A stretch of DNA of 63,970 nucleotides, counting the filler, from Porpidia crustulata (Eukaryota), in assembly GCA_964255105.1 (NCBI GenBank). It is 3 parts of 3 records of this genome, joined end to end, with 100 filler letters (N's around TTAATTAATTAA, not from the genome) between each part and the next. Parts side by side here need not be neighbours in the genome. Positions count along the whole stretch, not along the records: positions 1 to 21,861 come from CAXUWE010000093.1; positions 21,962 to 43,820 come from CAXUWE010000094.1; 1 more part is not named here. One strand, given 5' to 3'. Positions 14,326 through 27,612 of this stretch are shown here, one piece after another. The translations under genes were made by a program, and so were the position numbers. How positions within the stretch are numbered: the first letter of the stretch is position 1; each line of letters begins with the position of its first letter. The notes beneath the pieces were generated by a model. The model was not told the DNA's origin, made no database searches, and saw nothing but the letters and a program-made list of their open reading frames with translations.

Positions 14326-16356
14326 ATGTCCTCTGCTGCCACTTCAGATCTCCAAAACGCATCTTCTCCGGGTAAGCTGTGCTCTGCGATACTGCAGTAT
14401 TATTTCACCTTCCTCAAGTCACGTAACTCGAGCTGATCTGGAAGAGTGGACAACAGGGCCAAGGAGCAAGAAGCAGAAGAAGAAGAAAGCCAACAGCAAG
14501 GTCAAGCCAAACGGCGACACAGTGAAACTCAATGGCATTAAGGTCGACAATGAACCAGAAATCGAGGATGGTGAGGATGAAGAAAATGGGCAAGAGCCTA
14601 TAGCGGCGATAGCGACCCCGATACCACAACCTCCGCCCACAAAAGAGTCCTCCTCTGAGTCAAGCCGTACTTTGAACGGCAATGTATCACCTCGCAGCAA
14701 TCCTACGCTTTCGGAAAGCCCCGGAGCTGCAAACATTGAAGACCGGGGCTTGGGCAAGAACGATGTGGAAATGGTTCGTTCCGAGGAGCTCCAGTCGGTG
14801 GGGCCACAAGCCCGGGAGTTCTCATTACCAGTACTCTCAGCGGATACAGAAGCAAGATTTGACGCATTAGCCAACGAGCGAATGGCTCTGCGCGACGAAG
14901 TTGCCCAGCTGCGACAATCTTTAGAACAAATCCAAGAAAAGCATGACGAAGACCTTAGCAAAGTCCGAGGGCAGCTAGAAGAAACGCAAGATGAGAAGGA
15001 GCAGGCTGAGACACAGTATCGAAATTTGCTGGGAAGGGTGAACACTATAAGGTCCCAATTGGGGGAACGGTTGAAGGCCGATGCTGTACGTTTGATACCT
15101 ATTCTAACTAGTCCGTAGAGCTCACTAGACGACAGGAAGATTTATCACAGGCTAGAAATCGAATTGAAGAACTCGAAGATCATTGTGGAACTTTACGAGA
15201 ACAAACAGAAGCCCGCACTGCCGAGCTGACTTCTATGGCGGAGGACAACGAGCAGCGATCAAAGGAGTTGTCAGGGCTTCGGAATCGAAATACCCTTTCG
15301 CAGCAGAATTGGTCCAAGGAAAGGGAAGACCTTATTCGGCAGGAGGCTTTTGCTCGAGAAGAGTTTGAGACTGCAAAGCAAGCTATGCAGGATTGGGAGA
15401 TATTAGCAATGGAAGAGCGATCACAGCGGGAGACATTAGCCGAGAGAGCCGCAGATCTTGAAGATCAGGTCTTAAGCCTCCGTGAAGCCCTCGAGAAGGC
15501 CGCTGCGGAGCGCGACACTCAGTCCTTGGCCGTAGATGGTTTGCAACGGGCATTGCAAGAAATCCAGGATGGTTCGTGTCCTACTATTTGCCCTTCAATG
15601 TAGCGGCTACTGATACTTACCGCTTAGCTCGGAAACGGGAATTACGAGAGCTGGCGGAGAATTCACAAGCTCATGTTGACAGCCTACAGAAACGACTGAA
15701 AGAAGACCAAGATAGAGCCAACGACGCTGAAGGATCCCTGAAACTTACGAGGAACGAGCTTGAAAGAGCCCTCCCTTTCGAAAGGGAAGTTAAGGAGAAA
15801 AATCTTCTAATTGGTAAGCTGCGGCATGAAGCCGTGATACTGAATGATCATCTTACAAAAGCTTTGCGGTATCTTAAGAAGGGCAAACCTGAAGACAACA
15901 TTGACAAGTTCGTAAATCCTTTCCTTTTGGCTTTTCCCCCATATTAATAAGCGTAGGCAACTTGTCACCAATCATTTCCTTCACTTCCTTCCTCTCGAAA
16001 GGGGAGACCCCAAGAAATTTCAGGTGCTGCAGATTATTGCAGCTTTACTTGGCTGGACTGATGGTAAATCATGACTCCATCATGGTCCCTGATGCTTGAC
16101 ACTGACTAGCATAGAACAACGAGAGCAGGCAGGTCTAGCCCGACCAGGTGCTTCAAACCCGAACCTTAAGATCCCTATTTCACCCTGGCATCGGACGCCT
16201 AGCACACCAGCGCTATCTACCGACTTCTTCCCAGAGGGAGGGACACGGAAGGAATCACTAGCAGAATTGTGGTCGGATTTCTTGGAGCAGGAAGCCCAAG
16301 AGGGCACAAAATCTCCGAAATCACCTAGCGTATCAAGCTCGGTAAAACGCTCCTGA
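14326..16356 (+). CDS. RUD3: Coiled-coil golgin with a C-terminal GRAB/GRIP-related domain
   Basis: Long heptad-rich exons; KEKNLLIGKLRHEAVILNDHLTKAL, KKFQVLQIIAALLGW and SLAELWSDFLE; several canonical introns. Confidence 0.85.
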
Positions 16357-16847
16357 ACAGTATTCGTACACGTCTCACTTTACTTCCAAAACGTCACATT
16401 GATTATTACATGTCGACGAACCGCCACTAGTAGAGATCAGCCTAATGTGATACGCTTCGACTTCCACATGGGCTTTAGCAATACCTGGGCTGAAGAAGAC
16501 TTTGGTGTCCGTTTGTTCTGTAACAGCCATCAGCCGCTGCTGTATATATGTAACATAACATACAATACCGATGCAGCTCATTACAAGACAGGGAGTTTAA
16601 CTGGCGTACAAAAGATTTCTACAACTTTCATACACGCTACTCTACGAGATACGGGTGAACTTTCTGCCGCAACCCACCTTAAGAAGTTCCCCGTCATTAC
16701 ACACTTTCTGCTCGCACAGCCACATTATATCAGCGTATGCTTTTGCGTAAGCTGACAGCTACCCACTTACGTTTAGCTTCTTTGTTGTGTCCTCGTCTGC
16801 ATTTGTTACAGTATCGTGGGTGGAATTGCTGCTCGAAACCCCAAGTA

Positions 16848-17665
16848 ATGGCCCCTACAGGTAATCAATTGCTCTCCTCCTGTATAACTCGTGCTGAATA
16901 TTAGAAGTAACTCCAAAAACATTGTCAACCAAGAAACCTCACAAGTATCGCCCGATAGTAATTTCAGGTCCTTCTGGTTCTGGAAAATCGACAATAATCA
17001 CGCGACTCCGCGCCGAGCATCCCAACAACTTCGGCTTCTCCGTTTCCCGTTAGTTCGTTGATACTTGAATCCTTCGGTACCATGAACTCATGCTCTCGCA
17101 ATCAGACACTACCCGATCGCCTCGCGCCGGCGAACAAGATGGCCGCGAATACAACTTCACAACCAAAAATTCGTTCCTACAACTGGTAGATGATAAGGGT
17201 TTCATTGAGCATGCGCAATTCGGAGGCAACTACTATGGTACAAGCACCAAGGCCGTCAAGGATGTTGTAGACAATGGCCTGGTGTGTGTTCTCGATATTG
17301 AGATGGAGGTTTGTATAACCCTTCGCGTATCTGCACGATTCGTCCCCGCCCGGACCTGACTCAAGGCTGATTTCTTCTGACAATTCTAGGGTGTCAAGCA
17401 AGTCAAGAAAACTGACCTTCACGCTCGGTTTCTATTTCTCTCCCCACCTTCCCTTCATATCCTAGAACAGCGTCTTCGGGGTCGTGGAACAGACAAAGAA
17501 GAGGCGGTGCAGAAGAGGCTGAAGCAGGCGGAGGCGGAAATGGCGTTCTCGAGGGAGACAGGCGTGCACGACAAAATAGTCGTCAACGACGATTTGGAGA
17601 ACGCTTACAAGGAAGTGGAGGAGTGGATTGTTGATGGGGGAAAGTTTGGTGGGGAGGTTGCCTAA
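16848..17665 (+). CDS. GUK1: Guanylate kinase
   Basis: [16 protein letters not shown]-loop, [36 protein letters not shown] and [10 protein letters not shown]; three introns. Confidence 0.95.
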
Positions 17666-17999
17666 GTGAGGTTTGGATAGGCGCATGGTCGATTTATCGA
17701 ATTGTCTGAACGGATGGAGGAAAAGTACTGGATTTTTGAGGGATAAATTTTCCAGGATCAGAGGTCATACAAAGCAAGAAGCTACCGAGATACACGGCGG
17801 ACGATAGAGGCAAAACAGATTCTTCAAGCTTAACACCCTTTGGTATTTCCCCACATACAAATACACGAAAGAGACCGCACTTAACACAAGGCCGGCCTGA
17901 ATCCCTAGATTGGAAGAATTGAGAGTTCTTGACACTGCCCGCCTAGTTTTTCGATTCCACCAAGTCGCGGCTGTACAAATACGCAACTCAGGGCGCCGC

Positions 18000-19254
18000 C
18001 TAGTAGCCGTTCATTGTCATCCTCTGCGATTGTCTGCTCAGCTCCCGTTCCGCGGATGGGCTGATTGGCCTGCTTCCCATGTTCCCAGCAGCAGAGCTGT
18101 TTTCTTTCAGGGCCAGCAGCTGCTTCGCACGGAACGTCTCATAGTGGATTTGCGAGGTCGTCTCAATTAAATCTTGAAGATGGGTGCGAGTCAGGAAATT
18201 TCTGAGCGATACAAACTCGCAATGGTTCTCGTCTTCGACATTGATTACACCCCAGCGATTCTGGCGGCCTCGCACTTGGCGCCCACCGACAACGATAGAG
18301 TTCTCCGAGCCGACGACAGCGAAGGGGATGAGGTCCTTAATGGCGGTGTTTGTGGCACGCTCTTCTTCGTCTTGCTCATCGTTGTCGTAAGGGTACATAC
18401 GAAGGTTGTGGAAAGCGAATTCCTCCTTTATTCTTTCTTTAAAGGCCATACGTTCTTCAAGAGTTAGAGAATCGGATTTGGCGATGACTGGGACGACATT
18501 CACTACATCTGATAGCTTTTTAAGTACAACAATGTCAATCGGTTTCAGACTGCGAAGAATTAGGTAAGATGTCAAAAAGAGAAGCTTTTCACTGTTTTAC
18601 GAATGAAGACATACGCGTGTCCCGACGGTTGGATGAAGAATAGACAGCAGTGTACACGAGTATCTTGAATATATCGCTCTCGCTGTGCCGTAAGTTCTTT
18701 ACGCAAGTATGCAGAGTGTTGGTCCTTGATGTATTTGACGATTGGATCCCAGCTGCAAGCTGTCAGCTTCAAATTTAGACTACTTGATCCTCATGCTTCT
18801 CACCACCGGTCATTGTTGACCTGATCACCGTAGCCTGGGGTGTCCACGATGTTGAGCCGTAGACGGACTCCGTTCTCCTCAATTACTATTATAATTCTTA
18901 GCGTTTTCCTCCCGCTGATTCGAAGTCCAGCATACCATGAGATACGGTTTGTATCTCTGTCGTGGCTCGTACAGGATCAGATGGGTTGAGACGTCCTTTG
19001 GAGTCAATGAGGTGTGATGCGAATATGGTGTTTATCAATGTTGATTTTCCAAGGCCCGTTTGACCTATATTCCTCGTCAATGCGTCGATCTGGGTATTTG
19101 AGAACTAATAAAGCATACCGACGCAGATGACATTGAATTGAAATCCTCGTTTGAGAAGCTTGCGCTCAATCTGAGTGGTGATGCTGTCGAATCCAACATG
19201 GCTCTTGGGCATCACAGGGTTTTGAGGGTTTGACATGACGTTTGCACTCGCCAT
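18000..19254 (-). CDS. CDC10: Septin, Cdc10/AspD group
   Basis: HVGFDSITTQIERKLLKRGFQFN, GQTGLGKST, DTPGYGD, AKSD and RGRQNRWG septin motifs; no C-terminal coiled coil. Confidence 0.95.
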
Positions 19255-19532
19255 TGATAGCACCTGGAGTTTTGATAGTATTCACTGAAAGCTATGTAAG
19301 TGACCCCAGGGCAATATTTGTCTGCACGTAGGTGTAACAAAAGGGCAGTGGGAATAGGTAAAAGCTTCGAGCTGTGTCGCCAAACTTTTAGGGGGTAGCG
19401 CCCCTGCAGGCCGCTAGCTCAACATATAACTTTTCGATACATAGGTAGGTTTATTTATATGTAGCGACAGCGTGCAACTTTCTAATATCAACTATCCAAT
19501 TTCACCTCAATCTTGACTACTAAGCATAGGAT

Positions 19533-20005
19533 ATGGCGCTGCGTCAAGCTCCATTTCCTTCATTAGTCTCTTCCCTACCCAGATTCGTGGCCGCAAGCTC
19601 TAGGGTACAATCAAGAACAGCTCTATACTCCCGTGGACTTACACAATCGTTCTTCGACTTTCGGCTGGCGTTACCACTATTCATCAGCTTGAATATACCT
19701 CCTATCCTCTCCGGGCTTTGGGAGTCCATACTACGAGCGGTACCAAAGAAGAAGACATCGCACAGAAAAAAGCGTCAAAGGTTTATGGCCGGGAAGGCAT
19801 TGAAGGACGTGACGGCCCTCAATAAATGTTCCGCCTGCGGGAAAGTAAAGAGAGCTCATCTTTTATGTCCGTACTGTGTTGCAGGTTGGTTGGACACTCC
19901 GGTTGTGGGAATGATCGAGAGGCTAACGCATTGCACACAGAAATTCGAGATATGTGGAAGGGAAAGAACTCTCTAGGCAAGCAGGAAGAGGATAAAGGAA
20001 CATAA
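19533..20005 (+). CDS. MRPL32: Mitochondrial ribosomal protein bL32m
   Basis: Presequence followed by [15 protein letters not shown] and CSACG..HLLCPYC; short 3' exon after an intron near 19885-19940. Confidence 0.9.
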
Positions 20006-20332
20006 GCTTTCTCGAATGTTTTTTTGCAGCATAGCGTGACAGAGCATGGTAATGGCGTTCTGAGGGATACTTGGAAGATAGTCATGGCCGCGGGATTTCG
20101 AAGAATTGAAACGGCATTGCGTGGTGGAACACTTCATACATTTATCTATGTGCACATGTTCTATGAAATTCAAGATGCTAGCAGAGTCCGTGATATACTC
20201 AGGACTCGCTAAGTATATGAGAAACCTCTGCCTCCGACCCTCAACCATCAATACCTAATCCCATCCATCTTGATCCATAATAATTTTCTTGTATTTCGAG
20301 CGCATCTGTTTAGAATCCGTTATCTTATTGAA

Positions 20333-21589
20333 ATGGTAGGTCAAACCCCACACATTTTGGATAGCACTCATTTGACTCTCCCCAGTCAAAGCAATACTTG
20401 ACAACTCATACAATTGACAATGGTATGGTGCTTAGAGCGTTAATGGTAGATTTTGTATTAGCGGCTAAAACAAGAGCAGCTCATGATACCGATATATTCG
20501 CTTTGGCTGTCACTCGAGACAAGATTGTCTCCGCATCCGGGTCCTCAGCTCTCAAAGTCCACTTGACGACGGAGCCTGAATTTCGACTGTCGCAGACTTT
20601 AGCAACGGCGCACAAGCTGGGCTGCCATCATTTAGCAATTAGTAGAAATGGATCTACGCTTGCATCGGTCGGATTTGGCGGGGAGACCATTGTATGGTCA
20701 CTCGACGACGAATTGTGGACTAAGAAGGGTGCAACTGTAGGTGCGATTTCCTATGTCCAACTTTGACTTCCATAGAAATTGCAATGATGACAAATTCTAG
20801 ATGGCAACAAGGCTGGTGAAATCTGGGCCATAGCCTTATCAGAGAGTGGCCAGTATCTTGCGGCTACTTCGATAGATGGTCGCATAGGTGTCTGGGACAA
20901 TCTTGCAAATCGACGGAAGATACGAGACTACGAAACCAAGGGCAGCTTCGGCATGTGTATCGATCTCGTAAGACTCAATCATATGCTCGAGTATATGCCC
21001 ACTGATGACTTACTAGTCATTGGACGGGGCATTTACTGCATCTGGGCATGAGAACGGAGGCCTGTATATTTTCAACAACAACACAGGGCGCCTTCTCCAT
21101 TCATTATCTGGTCAGCCTTTCCAAATTCTATCTCCAGATATTCCATTGCTAACCGTTCTTTCAGGGCTTGTGAAGTGTGTGCGAGCACTCGCCTTCTCTC
21201 CAGGGGGTAAATTACTCGCTGCAGCCGGGGACTCCAAGATTATTGCCCTTTACGATGTGTATTCTGGTGAACAAGTAGCCAACCTCATCGGGCATAGCGC
21301 ATGGATATTTTCCCTGGACTGGAGTCACACAGGCGAGTATCTACTTACCGGGTAAGTCGACTTGAATAGAAACCGTCGAATAGTACCAGCTAATTGCAGA
21401 GGTAGAGCATTTGATGGTAAGGCAAAAGTGTGGTCGATAGAGCAACGTACATGTGTAGCAACACACACAGAGACTGAGAAGACCTTATGGAGCGTTAGAT
21501 GGCTGCCGAAGACAGGCAAAACCGAAGGATTTGCTACTGCCGGAGCGAACCGAAGTATCTCTTTCTATAGGGAAGCTACTGGTGGTTGA
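20333..21589 (+). CDS. SKI8: WD40 protein Ski8/Rec14
   Basis: ATG-only first exon, then SKQYLTTHTIDNAH, AHKLGCHH, YETKGSFGMC, LLAAAGDS and a C-terminal GANRSISFYREATGG. Confidence 0.92.
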
Positions 21590-21861
21590 ACCTTTTCTGA
21601 GAATGGTAGAAACCCTTGAACAGTAGTCCCCTATTCATTATTGCATCAACTCGAGGAAATGAGCGAGAAGGTACAAATGGATGAATCCCATGCAGGTGAA
21701 TAGATATTATCACCGTACACTATGTTTCGACCAAACATTCTTGGCTGGCGCACGTTCAAGAATTCTAAACAACTTGTATGAAGAATGCTGGTGGATGTTT
21801 GTCAATGGATCCCATTATTCGTACACCCCATCTTCCTAGATATACACCCCAAATTTCTTAC

Positions 21862-21961
21862 NNNNNNNNNNNNNNNNNNNNNNNNNNNNNNNNNNNNNNN
21901 NNNNNTTAATTAATTAANNNNNNNNNNNNNNNNNNNNNNNNNNNNNNNNNNNNNNNNNNNN
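21862..21961. other. Artificial contig spacer (N44-TTAATTAATTAA-N44)
   Basis: The 12-mer at 21906-21917 gives stops in all six frames and sits inside N runs; an identical copy is at 43821. Confidence 0.97.
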
Positions 21962-22496
21962 GAGGGGATGCAAACCTGGGTTATGCCAGGGACGCCGTCC
22001 ATTTGTGGCGTTCCGCGTTGGTACAGTCCTGGGGCGTATAATAAGTTAGTTGATGTTGGTTTCATTGAGGATTTCGATTTTTTGACAGATGCGAGGCTGT
22101 AGATTTTGTGTTGTATAGCTCAAAGAATATGGTGATAGAGATGGAAACCATCGAGTACGTACCGTGCCAGTGTAAGGTCATATTGACCGATAGATTATTC
22201 TGCACTGCGACTTCAATCTCATCCCCTTCATTGACATCGATCAAAGGCCCAGGGTCTTGGCTGTTGATGAGATAAACTAGCCGGGGAGTTCCATCTGTTC
22301 AAAATCAGTATCCTCTAAGATCCTATTATTTAATTCATAATCCTCCTAAAAAGAACAAGGAAATCCCAAATGGTATACCTGGTGCCTTTACACCTTTACC
22401 AGCCGTAAACTCATACCTCCTCAACGCCGCCCACGACCCTCGTGTGAGAAGCAGCAGCGCAATAACCACCACGTTTCGATTCAAAAACATCATCAT
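21962..22496 (-). CDS. Secreted multicopper oxidase/laccase, 5' fragment cut by the contig end
   Basis: Signal peptide, APDG..LINSQDPGPLIDVNEGD, copper motif TLHWHG, then QRGTPQMDGVPGITQ. Confidence 0.85.
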
Positions 22497-24101
22497 ACGC
22501 TTCGAGAATTTCGTGCCACCAAATAAGTACCAGACAGAGACCTGCCCCTCCACAACAAGCACCCAAGCCTCATATACCCCATCTCTCATCTCCAATATCA
22601 TGTGACCTAACGCCCCTGAGGCTTTTGTGCGTGTTTCCGCTACCTGACGCAGGGGCCTCACTCAACAGCCGCTGAGGCTCGTGCTGAACGAACGCACAAA
22701 CGGCGCAAGCGGATCCTTTAGAGTTTTTGTACGCGCTTGGATGTATAAGCGCCATCGTAGACTTCCTGTGTTATCGGATAGGTGAGTGTACGTTAAATAG
22801 TACGCACTGAAGAGGTCTACCTTTCTTAGTACCGTATGGATGCATGAAAGTCTGAATATGGATGACCGATGTGAACTCCCTTGCGCTGGCTCTGGGGCCG
22901 TAGACCTTTCGATTCAGGATCGATTTTTCAATTTTGAATGGGCCGGTATTGCGAGCTATGGAGTCCTTCCAGTAATTTGAGGGAGACCGCATCAAGTGGT
23001 TATGACCATCACCGACGACCACGACGCTGACAGTAGTACTAGACTTTGTAACATATAACACACCTATGGATAGAAAAGCAAGGCATACGCGGCCTTATTG
23101 ATTCTCAATGCAACAAAGAAAATGTCATTCTCATCGGTCATGCAATCGACGATACTCACAAACTACCTTAGCCACATAAACGATACGAATGCCTTATGCT
23201 CTTACCGCTACTCTGTCCAGGAGCTAAGTGAAGAATTCCATGATCGGAAACAATTTCTCGAGCTCACACATGACGTTTCGACGTGCATTTTGTGCGCGCC
23301 AGTGCACCCGACAAACTTCAAAAAGCAAGTAAGCCAATCAAAAGCTTGTCCCCGGCACTAGTTCCTCTGTGCATTCGAGTAGAGAACAAGCCAAAAGAAC
23401 AACAGCGGTATCTTCATAATGTCAAAAGCTCGTACCTCAGCCGCCAACCACCAAGATCAACTCCCATTCCTTATCTGCTCCTAGCACAATCACCACCCTA
23501 TCTTTTCAGTTGCCTATCATGACTCTTTGCCACTCAGCCCTCGTATCTACAGAGTCCGAGAGTCCAAACAGCGAAGCCATACCAACGAAACCACACCGAT
23601 GGACCGGAAACCCCTAAAACGCGGCATGGAAGGCTCAAGGCGGAAAGCTTGCGAGAGGAAATGGTATAGGTTTAACGTCGCGGAAGGATGAAATGATTTT
23701 CTAGACGTGGATGACGGAGATGGGCTCAGATCATCGCGTTTTAATTCTCGTCTCCCTTGCTCCCGCTGCTTTCGGACTAAGGATCTCGGCCTTCCGTCAT
23801 GCGCCTCGTTTTCCACCGCCACTGGTTCAAAGGCGGTAGGTTTGATAGCCTGGTTGTCATTGTTTCGTGATAATTCTGAGGGTTTGGAAGTTTTGAGGTT
23901 TTGAGGGTATGTTGTTCTGGGGGCTTGACGATGTAGCCGTAGTCTATCACTGCTAGTCGCGGTGATTAAAAGGATGAGGCTTTCGACCGAGTGCGTACTA
24001 TAGAGATATTAAGATGGGAATTGAGGGTCATTATTACACCAGCCACGAAGTAGTCCATTGGCCATACTCATGCCATGGTTTAGGATTTATTGAGCCCTTC
24101 A

Positions 24102-24313
24102 CCAGATTTCCCTCCCAATCAATCGCTCGCTCGCTTGTGTTTCCTTTGCTCTCTTGTTGTTACCCATCTTAGTTTTCCCTCTAATCAATCAATATTTCGC
24201 TCGTGTTTCCTTTTCTCTTTTGTTGTTACCAATCCTAGATTCCCTTCCAACAAATCTATCTTTCACTCGTGATTCCTTTGCTCTTTTTGTTGTTAGCCGT
24301 CTTAGCTTCCCAT
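24102..24313. repeat. Degenerate tandem repeat, about 3.2 copies of ~66 bp
   Basis: Recurring CTCGTG(T/A)TTCCTTT..CTCTT..GTTGTTA core with ~66-nt period. Confidence 0.8.
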
Positions 24314-25410
24314 AGTCTTCTGACTCCAAGCGTGCGCGGGTTTCCTAGATTTTAGAAAATTTCCGGGCTTTTGCTGTCGACAGTTTTTCTGATTATGACG
24401 CAGAGCATAGGTGGCATGTACTGAGTACTGGTGGGGTTACGCAGGAAGCCACAGTGTATTCAATACATTATTCGTACCGGTGCCAAGCTTTAACATTCAT
24501 CTTGCGCTTCATCAAGGGTTCAAATGCTCGAGAAAGGTCATTCCCTTCTTGCGTAAATGAAAACTTGGACATGCAGTGTACCGTTCATTTAGAAGTTTTC
24601 GTGGCCAATTGATCACTACTTTATCACTTCTTCCTCATTTCTTGTTGTGATTTCTCGCCATACAGCCCCATCGTTAATTACGCAGTCGCTTCGTTGCAAA
24701 TTTGCTGGGGGCGATATCTCGCGGATTTCTGGTGTATGAATATTCGTCAGGGCAATTTTGGCGATATATCTCTCTGCCTTCATTGCTCTTGAGTTTCCCA
24801 GTTGGCACGCTGCATTGAAACGCCACTCAGTATGGGTTCCATGGCGATCTCTGACTTCATTGCCTTTGCAATTCATTCCGTCTTCATGATTTCCCAAACT
24901 TTACCTTTGGAACTCCGGATTGATTTTCTCCAAGCCCCAGCTTCACGAAGTCCTAAGCTTTAATTCTGCATATTTCCGAGTTCTCGCTATTTGAGTCCCT
25001 GGCCAAGAGCCCACTAGATTCCATAAAACTTCATCAGAAAGTCGCTCCCAACGTTTAGAAGCATGATGAAGCCTCAATGTTCATAACGCAGCTCCATAAA
25101 TTCATTGCGTTTCAGCTTGCATTCTTCAATTTTCACGCTTCATTCTTGGAAGTCGTCAGATTCACGAGGTTTGTGCTCCATGGACCGGCCTATACGCTAT
25201 ATCAGTATCCACTTCGAATGCCTACAAAGATGACTGCTCGCCCAGCTTCTGAAATATTTTAACAATCAGCACATCCATTCAGATACTTTAACATCAACTT
25301 ACTTGACTCATTCATCGACCTTCAAAGACTATACAGCTTTCTCTCTTAGACACAGTTCTATCTTAGCTATTTCATCACAAATTTTCATTCAGTCCAGCGT
25401 ACCTAGCAAA

Positions 25411-27612
25411 ATGCAAAATTCCGGTGGCAGGAAGCGTTCCGAGACCGTAACACCCCACCAACGCAGCGTAAACAGTGGCGACATGACCTCGAAGATCCTC
25501 ATTCCACTTCTACTCAGACATCATCGTCGTCAGCATCAGCTACCTTCTCACAAACAGGGGTACCGGCTACTACGGCCGAAGTAACCAGCTCCTTAGCTGC
25601 CGCTAGCATTTCCGCAGGACCCATTACCGGCTTCTCATCGTATCACCAGAATCTACCTTCAAACCAGCAGAACTTGCTTCAATACGTAAACCCCAACGAT
25701 GTACTCTTGAACCCAAATATAAGTGCAGCCTTCGAGAAGAGAAGCGATGCCCCGTTTGAGGGAAAGGATAAAAAAGCCGAAGATGTTGCACCGCTAAAAG
25801 GTAGTGGCGCTCCATCAAAACATCATGACATAGGACACGAGGAGGAAGACGAGGATGAAGACGAGGATGAAGACCAGAATGAAGACGAGGGGGAAGACAG
25901 TTCATCGGAGGAGGAAGCCGAAGATGTTGCACCGTTAGAAGGTCGTGGTGCTCCGTCAGAAGATCATAACATGGAAGACGAGGAGGAAGACAGTTCATCA
26001 GAGGAAGAAGCCGAAAATGTTGCACCTTTAGAGGGTAGTGTTGCTCAATCAGGAAACCAGGGCATGGAAGACGAGGAAGACGAGCAGGAAGACGAGGAGG
26101 ACGACGATTCATCAGAGAAGGAAGTCGAAGGTGTTGCACCATTAGTTAGAAGTGGAGCACCATCAGAGAACGATGAGGAGGAAGATGATGAGGAAGACGA
26201 GGAAGATGGCGAGGGGACCAAGGAGGAAGACGATGCATCACCAGAACGGGATCCACAAAACCAAGGCCTTACGATAAGACGAAAATCGGTCCCATTCGGT
26301 CCGCTTGAGTTTGCGTGCAATTTTCACAACCTGGAAAATATTCAATGTGGCGATATATACTCCACAGAAGCTGAGGTCGAGCAACATTTTGAGTCGCATC
26401 TGAAGTTTTACAGAATCTGTCCCTTGTGCGAGAGAAAGAGCCAAAGCTATTGCAGGCGTCAAGAGCTTCAGACGCATCTGGAGGCTGCACATCGCCATGG
26501 ATTTACAGGCGAGATCGATACCCGGCGTTTAGCAAGCCGAGTGTTCGAGGAGGGGAAATGCTACACGTGTGGAGTTGACCGCTGTAGACATGAATGTCAA
26601 AATTATCCAGGTCAAGGATTGGGAGGCCTTGGTCATCCATCGTCAGCAAGTCAACCGAAGGGCCCGTTTCGAGGAATAGCGCCGGCACCGTCAACGTCAC
26701 AAGGAGAAATCCAGCCTGGCGGACAGGGCGTTCGCTATCCAGTCGCAGCGTATGAGCGAGTCTATGCCGGTGACGTTATTCAACAGCCGTTCCCCATGGG
26801 CGATACCAATCACCCCGGGCCAGGTGCAGCTGCTGCGAGCTCTATGGCACGAATCCCCGCGAGCCAAGTCACCACAACACCAAGTTGGACGCAGTTGAGA
26901 CGTAAGCGTTTTAGGTGTGATTTCACCAATCCCGTGGGACAAGCCTGTGGAATATTTACGACGATAACCAATGCCGCCAAGACTCACGCGGAATCGCATC
27001 TTGCCACTCATCGAAATTGTCCCGAATGCAAAGCACCAACACGTGGATATGAAGATCCTAAAACACTCACTAACCATATTGATGCTATCCATGTAGAGAT
27101 TCCCTTCCCAGAGGTACGGACTATAGTCAAGGATTTATTTGCGTTAGGCAAGTGCGGCTGCGGCGCCGACCTTTATCGCCATCGTTGTCCCTACGGCTTC
27201 GCCGGTCCAGCAGATCGTGGAGCTCCCCAGGGCAATCCAGCATCAGCCAGCGGAGCAATTCCAGAATACGTTGTAGTAAATCGCAGAGGAGAAGATGGAC
27301 AAGAGCATAGAAAATTCCATTGCAACTTACTCGAAGTGAACGGCGATCAATGTGGTCATGTGTTTGACGATGAGGAAGTTACTCGACAGCACTGCTACGA
27401 GGTCCACCACTTGGGTGGAACGCCCTGTCGATTTTGCAATCCGGTACACAAGCTGTGTCAAGGGGTTTTCGCTCTCTGTGCATATCGCAAAGAGCCATCG
27501 CGAAGTCCGCGCTAGGGAAAGAAGAGCATATATTGTAAGAATCTATGGCGGAACAGGCTGCAACTTTCCTGGGTGCAAGAAGGAAAATGACGGACACGTT
27601 ACTCACGAATAG
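25411..27612 (+). CDS. Acidic-repeat protein with three tandem Cys/His zinc-binding modules; frameshifted (pseudogene or sequence error)
   Basis: 613-aa ORF 25674-27515 whose frame stays open upstream to ~25407 with no ATG. The third Zn module is completed in another frame ending at 27612. Confidence 0.65.
25777..26200 (+). repeat. Four coding tandem units (AEDVAPLxGSGAPS plus a poly-Asp/Glu tract)
   Basis: GAAxxTGTTGCACC..TA-type core at ~25780, 25920, 26013 and 26127. Confidence 0.85.

Noticed and set aside
21906..21917. TTAATTAATTAA palindrome as a biological element
   Set aside because: Embedded in N runs and repeated exactly; it is an assembly linker.
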